From NCBI GenBank assembly GCA_964401865.1, contig CAYNZZ010000025.1, positions 1 through 6,151 on the forward strand: a DNA stretch of 6,151 nt, in the 5' to 3' direction. A program made the translations under genes and the position numbers. Below the pieces are notes generated by a model. It had not been told where the DNA came from. It ran no database searches and saw only the letters and a list, made by a program, of their open reading frames with translations. This stretch comes from an uncultured Erysipelotrichaceae bacterium. GTDB lineage: Bacteria; Bacillota_I; Bacilli_A; Erysipelotrichales; Erysipelotrichaceae. Below, piece by piece: positions 1 through 4,517 of this stretch. Within the stretch, counting starts at the first letter, position 1. The number at the start of each line of letters is the position of its first letter.

Positions 1-1
1 A

Positions 2-169
2 TATGTTCAAAGTGTTGTGCATTTATATGATGATAATGGAGGATTTAATTCTTATGAGGTCGATGAAACATATGATGCCTTAAATAACGCTTTAGCTAAA
101 GAGAACGATATAAAAGTGTGTGGCGATTTGTCTTTTCATTGGCTTTTAAATACCACCATTAATTCTTAA
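2..169 (+). CDS. 3' end of an unidentified ORF (5'-truncated by the window edge), stop TAA at 167..169
   Basis: Hand translation of the frame starting at position 2 gives YVQSVVHLYDDNGGFNSYEVDETYDALNNALAKENDIKVCGDLSFHWLLNTTINS*, with no earlier stop. The other two + frames hit stops within about 80 nt. I recognise no motif. It shares its frame with the next ORF. Confidence 0.4.
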   Translation, partial: YVQSVVHLYDDNGGFNSYEVDETYDALNNALAKENDIKVCGDLSFHWLLNTTINS

Positions 170-340
170 GATAGTTTTTTAGGCAGGTTAGGGTTATCTA
201 AAACATTTGATATCTTAGATGATGACAATCAGGTTTTCAATAATCTTTCGCATATTGAAAATGGACATTTTGTCAAAAAATGTACCAGAAAAGGACGTCT
301 TATCTCTGTTGCAACAAAACCGATAAGCAGCGATAAGATT

Positions 341-577
341 TTGCTTAGTAGGTATTCAGCAGTTATTAAGAAAGGCGAATCATTTGACATTCCTATTTAT
401 TCCTTACCTTCTGGTTATGAAGAGAAAGATTTAGCATATGAAATAGCTAATCGTGAAATTTGCACTCTGGATGGCAAAACCATTAACGCTATCAAGGCAG
501 GAGTTACAGTAATTAAAATTAAAACGAATGATAATAAATTTGAAGCTAGTTTTAATTTATTAGTTAGTGATGGATAA
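341..577 (+). CDS. Bacterial Ig-like (Big_2-type) domain protein, or the C-terminal part of a disrupted one. The open frame actually extends back to 170.
   Basis: The track ORF starts at TTG 341. The C-terminal pattern ICTLDGKTINAIKAGVTVIKIKTNDNKFEASFNLLV fits the Big_2 signature (v..V...G.vtAvkaGtatItat..dgk.a...v.V). The domain appears to begin upstream of the TTG, around PISSDKILLSRY. There is no ATG, GTG or TTG in frame between 170 and 340, and no Shine-Dalgarno before 341, so the start is uncertain. Confidence 0.5.
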   Translation: MLSRYSAVIKKGESFDIPIYSLPSGYEEKDLAYEIANREICTLDGKTINAIKAGVTVIKIKTNDNKFEASFNLLVSDG

Positions 578-1166
578 CATGTTTATTGTTTATGTTGATA
601 ATATAAAAATTGATTATTTCAATTTGGATGACGTTAAAAAGACAATAGATTATGAAGGGTTGTATATTTATGCAGAAAATGGTAAATGGTTTCTAAATGC
701 AGAAAAATGTACTATAGATGGTGATAAAAAAGATAAGGTTGAACTTATGCATAGACATTATGTAATAAAAAGCGAGGATATTTTCTATGATCGTTACCTA
801 TATGTGTATGGCGATAAGAATGGCTTTGATAATTACTCGATAACTGAAAATAAAGATTTTTTAATTTCGAATAATGAAAAATCTAATATCGTTATAAAAA
901 ACAACTTATTAAACCAAAAATACTTATTTTTTCATCGCAATGTTCTTCAAACGAACTTAAAACCCATTTTTTTGAATGGGAAGGTTTATAAGCAGGAAAT
1001 GCTTAATGATTTTGACTGTATTGAATGGTATGGAATTAAGTTCTACTATCATAAAAATTTTATTATCATTAATAATTTTGGTGTTACCAATATAAAAGAA
1101 ATAACACCACAATTTGATGATTGCATATATCATCAAAAAAGAAATATAAATAGTTTTATTGGCGGT
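567..1166 (+). other. EssC N-terminal cytoplasmic region with tandem FHA-like modules (aa 1 to about 200)
   Basis: [16 protein letters not shown]...YLYVYGDKN, then [17 protein letters not shown]...[28 protein letters not shown]. The second stretch fits the pattern 'itIG..ndi.i ... vNG ... l..gD.i...g' of EssC/YukBA FHA-type N-domains. Boundaries are approximate. Confidence 0.55.
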
Positions 1167-4100
1167 CATAAAAGAAATGTTGAATTTATAGATTTTAAAG
1201 TACCGGATGAGAAAGAAATAAAGAAACGCACTTTCCCAAGCCTTATTGAACAGATTGGACCTGGATTTACTATGTCTTTAGCTATGTGCGGCATAGCATT
1301 TATTAATGTTTATCTAAGTATTGAAAGAGGTTCAAGTGCATTGGAGGTTGTTCCTATCATATTGTTACCGGTGGTAATGATGATTTCCACGCTTGTTTGG
1401 CCACTCGTTATTCGTCTATATGCATCAATCAAATATAATAAAGATGTTGATAAGCAAAGAAACGATTATTTAAAAGCGATCGATGAAGCTATGAACGAGC
1501 ATAGATTGTATATAAATGACGAAATTAAAAAGGTCAGTAGTTATTTCTTTGATTTTAATTACTATAATCGATTAATTGATAAAAATAGTCTATTTTTTAA
1601 AAATAAGAAAGATGATGACTTCTTAACCTTATCAATAGGATACAAGAAATATTATTTTTCTACATCGAAAATCGAAAGGAATTTCATTGAATATCCATTT
1701 TTTATAGATATGTATATCCATTCATCGATGATTATTCGTGAAAATATCAAAGATAATTATTATTTCATTAGTAAGATTATTTTAGAATTAACTTCAATTA
1801 ATGACTATCGTGATTTATTACTTGTGTTATTTAAGAAACCTAAAGATTTTTACTATCTTGATTTCATTCCTCATTTGTTTCATTCTAATAGTCGTTATTT
1901 GTTGTGTGATGAGCAAGAATTGGGATTATTAGAAAAAATAAGAGATAAGAAGATTGTATTGATTTCTTTTTCACACATTAATAAGCAGTTTGAAAGCGAT
2001 AATATTTACACAATCTATTATCAAAACAATAAATATGTTGATGAAAAAGGTGTTGATACAATAGTGAATGTTAATAACGGCAATGGAACTGTTCATATCG
2101 ACTCAAAAGAGTGTGCGTTTAAGTATTATATTGAAGCATTTGACTTTAAAAAGGCATTTTACGAAGAAAATAAATATTTAGAATTAGATTTTGATGATAA
2201 TATTTCTTATTCATTTAAAGACACATATCAATTGCCGATAGATAAAATAGATATTATGTTGAACCATCTAACAAATAGGCAAAGATTAAAAGCTAATTTT
2301 GCGTGTTTTAATGATGAATTTCATTTTGATTTGCATGAAAAAGGTATAGGCCCTCATGGTTTAATTGGTGGCACAACTGGTTCTGGGAAAAGTGAATTAA
2401 TTATCAGTCTTTTGTTTTCGCTGTGTATGAATTATAGTCCTGATTATTTAAATATCGTAGTAATTGATTATAAGGGTGGAGGTATTGTTCAAAGCTTGAG
2501 CTATAAAAACGAGAAATTACCGCATATTATTGCTGCTATTTCAAATATAGATGACGATTTTCAAAGATTGATTGTCGGTATTAAAAAGGAATGTAAAAAT
2601 CGACAGATAAAATTTAATGAGTTATCGATTAGATCATCGAGTTCTATTATGAATATTGACGATTACAATATGTGCGATTTAAAAGGTGAAATAATGCCTA
2701 GATTGTTGATTGTGATAGATGAATTCGCTGAATTAAAAATGAACCACTATGAAGAGATGAAAGAACTTATATCTTTATCTAGAATTGGTCGAAGTCTAGG
2801 TCTTCATTTAATATTAGCTACTCAAAAACCAGGTTCTTCAATTGATGAAGAAATCTGGTCCAATAGTCGTTTTAAAATAGCACTGAAAGTTCAAGACGAT
2901 AAAGATTCTAGAGAATTGATACACAGCGATTCGGCTGCGTATATTAAAAAAGCTGGTGATTTCTATTTATTATCAGATAAGAGGGTACATTTTGGGCATT
3001 GTGTATATTCTAGATCACCACTCAACGATTTAAATCATCAAGTTTCATTGGTTGATGAACGGTTGAACATTATTAGAACTAGCACCGAAGAAGTGAAAAC
3101 AATTAGTGAATTAGAATACGGTGTAAAAACTATTGTAACGATGTATCGTGAAAGATGCTTTGATAATTATCTTTTCCCTAAAAAGCCTGATTCTTCTTTT
3201 GGCTATGATTTAATTCGAAAATATAAATATTTCAAAGATGATTCAGATGTTGTGATGGGTGAGATTGATGATATAGAAAATTTACATCAGAATATTTTGA
3301 TATATAGCATAAAAGAAGGTCACGCTCTTATTGTGTCTAAAAGAACTGAAGAAATTCTCACTGTTTTGGATGGTTTAGCTAATTTTAAAGATCGAATTAT
3401 ATACATCGGTACCAAAATAATAAGCCATCCATGCATCAGTGATTGTGTAAGATACTGGGATGATGATTTAAAGTTCTTCTTTAAGATTATTAATAGTAAA
3501 ACAGAAAAACAAAATTTAGTGATTATTTTCGAGGATTTGTCAACTTTTTTAAATTATGAAGAAATTAACAAAACTTATTTTTACCGCTTGTTGTCAATTG
3601 CTCAATTGTTAAACATTACGATTATAGCTTTGACTAGGAATATCAATAACTTACCTTATCGAGCGTTGCTTGGTTTTGAAAATATTTTTGCGATAAATAT
3701 TAAAGATAAAAGTGAACTTACGATGCTATTTAAAACCTCTTTAGATATCAAAGATGGATATTGTTTTATGAAGAAACTGTATAATTATATACCGGTTAAA
3801 ATCACGAACAAGGACTATCCTGCATGTAAAAAAGAGTCATATATTATCACCATACCTAAAATCATTAAACAAGAATTTAGATTTGATTCGTTTTTAATAG
3901 GTTACATTATCGATACAAGAGAAAAAATATATCATAGTAAAACAAAACATTTATGTATTATATCTTACAATGAAGAATTATTAGATAAATATAAAAACAT
4001 ATTTATAACTGAAAAGAACATTGAATTTATTAAGTATAATCGCAATTATGAATTTGATAGAGATAAAGAATTGCTTTGGGTAGGCGATGGTGTTTTAAGG

Positions 4101-4202
4101 CAACATCTTTTTCACTATTTTCAAAAAGAAGATATCAAAAATGGTGAAGGAATCTATTTTGCTAATGAGATATGTAAGAAAATAAGAGTAGTAGATGAGT
4201 AG
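567..4202 (+). CDS. essC: Type VII secretion system (T7SSb) FtsK/SpoIIIE-family ATPase, EssC/YukBA homologue, 1211 aa
   Basis: The architecture reads FHA-like N-terminus, two TM helices, a juxtamembrane [18 protein letters not shown], a degenerate D0 containing LDFIPHLF, then an FtsK/SpoIIIE module. That module carries [21 protein letters not shown] (Walker A), [19 protein letters not shown] (Walker B), [17 protein letters not shown] and [19 protein letters not shown]. These closely track the S. aureus EssC D1 motifs as I recall them ([67 protein letters not shown]). The C-terminal [17 protein letters not shown] resembles the EssC C-terminus. The start is ambiguous among GTG 567, ATG 570 and ATG 579, with no strong SD. 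Stop is TAG 4200..4202. Confidence 0.92.
   Translation: [1211 protein letters not shown]
1263..1412 (+). other. EssC transmembrane hairpin (TM1 about aa 233-252, TM2 about aa 261-282)
   Basis: Two hydrophobic stretches, [20 protein letters not shown] and [22 protein letters not shown], are separated by the short loop ERGSSALE. The basic segment [10 protein letters not shown] follows. Confidence 0.8.
2289..3056 (+). other. EssC D1 ATPase domain, the only catalytically intact P-loop module
   Basis: Walker A [9 protein letters not shown] at 2367..2393 (aa 601-609). Walker B LLIVIDEF at 2703..2726 (D718/E719). Sensor motif [11 protein letters not shown] at 2799..2831. The Arg-containing [12 protein letters not shown] follows. 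Domain edges are approximate. Confidence 0.88.
3114..3827 (+). other. EssC D2-like domain with degenerate nucleotide-binding motifs
   Basis: The Walker A position reads [18 protein letters not shown] (3318..3353), with no GxxGxGK[ST]. The Walker B position reads [12 protein letters not shown] (3513..3548). The ATQ-equivalent strand reads [14 protein letters not shown]. The order and spacing of hydrophobic strands match an FtsK-like fold. Boundaries are approximate. Confidence 0.6.
3828..4199 (+). other. Shortened D3-like C-terminal module of EssC (about 120 aa)
   Basis: It starts like an EssC domain ([27 protein letters not shown]...[10 protein letters not shown]) and ends like one (LLWVGDG...[19 protein letters not shown]). 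The intervening core is too short for a full RecA-like fold and has no P-loop. Confidence 0.45.
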
Positions 4203-4452
4203 AATTCTTTTAAAATTAAGTTTTATTCCTATGAATAAAACTATCGAAGTTTTTTTCAATAGTTCAATTTCCTTTAAAGATAATATGAAACTTCTTAAAG
4301 ACATAATCGATTTTCAATGTTTTGAAGAATATGTTGTTGTTGACTTTTATAACCATAAAGTTATTAATACTGAAATAGAATTGAACAGGCTCTCATTAAA
4401 TAAACCGACACATTTTTACATTTATTTCATTCATGGTAAAATAGTTCTATGA
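4195..4452 (+). CDS. Small 85-aa protein, probable YukD/EsaB-like ubiquitin-fold (beta-grasp) T7SS accessory protein
   Basis: ATG 4195 overlaps the essC stop by 8 nt (ATGAGTAG). The size fits YukD/EsaB (about 80 aa). The predicted pattern is beta-beta-alpha-beta...beta: ILLKLSFI, TIEVFF, helix ISFKDNMKLLKDIIDF, VVVDFY, THFYIYF. It aligns by eye with B. subtilis YukD (IDITIDL..NGSVFDLRLSDYHPVKKVIDIA) and with the S. aureus EsaB C-terminal DRLIDYQIADGDILKLL, both recalled from memory. It has no WxG motif and is not helical, so it is not a WXG100 substrate. Stop is TGA 4450..4452. Confidence 0.5.
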   Translation: MSRILLKLSFIPMNKTIEVFFNSSISFKDNMKLLKDIIDFQCFEEYVVVDFYNHKVINTEIELNRLSLNKPTHFYIYFIHGKIVL

Positions 4453-4517
4453 AATGTAAGATTTTATTTTTTGTTGTAGCTATTTCGATGCTATTTACAG
4501 GCATAGTTATATCAGCT
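4449..4517 (+). other. Sec-type signal peptide of the hydrolase
   Basis: MKCKILFFVVAISMLFTGIVISA|EEDV has a basic n-region, a hydrophobic core and an I-S-A cleavage-type motif. There is no lipobox Cys after the h-region. Confidence 0.75.

Noticed and set aside
207-260. Promoter-like hexamers in the only potentially non-coding stretch (TTGATA at 207..212, AATAAT at 239..244, TTGAAA at 255..260)
   Set aside because: No pair has both a good -35 and a good -10 at 16-18 nt spacing. Such hexamers are frequent by chance in AT-rich DNA, and the stretch may in fact be the coding remnant of a disrupted gene.
963-980. Perfect 6-bp inverted repeat CCCATT-(TTTTTG)-AATGGG
   Set aside because: It is short and AT-rich, lies inside essC, and has no following T-tract in a terminator context. 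Such a repeat is expected by chance.
957-1169. 70-aa ORF on the minus strand from the supplied track
   Set aside because: It lies entirely antisense to the well-supported essC coding region. The product is low-complexity, Ile/Phe/Lys/Asn-rich sequence of the kind expected by chance in AT-rich DNA. I see no start context or motif.
4250-4256. T7 homopolymer in the yukD-like ORF as a possible phase-variation tract; similar T-runs occur near 968..973 and 4471..4476
   Set aside because: Runs of 6-7 T are common in DNA this AT-rich and are below the length usually associated with slipped-strand switching. No alternative frame is restored by a +/-1 shift.
4095-4304. 69-aa ORF on the minus strand from the supplied track
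   Set aside because: It is antisense to the essC 3' end and the yukD-like ORF. It shows the same AT-rich antisense artefact pattern and has no recognisable motif or RBS.
4450-4452. Possibility of genetic code 4 (TGA = Trp), given the very AT-rich, Mollicutes-like composition
   Set aside because: Trp is encoded by TGG throughout, for example in WFL, EWYG, VWPL, RYWDD, LLWVG, PYWGE and YKWV. There is no in-frame TGA in the 1211-aa or 567-aa ORFs. Reading through TGA 4450 hits TAG a few codons later. The presence of a wall hydrolase also argues for a walled organism.
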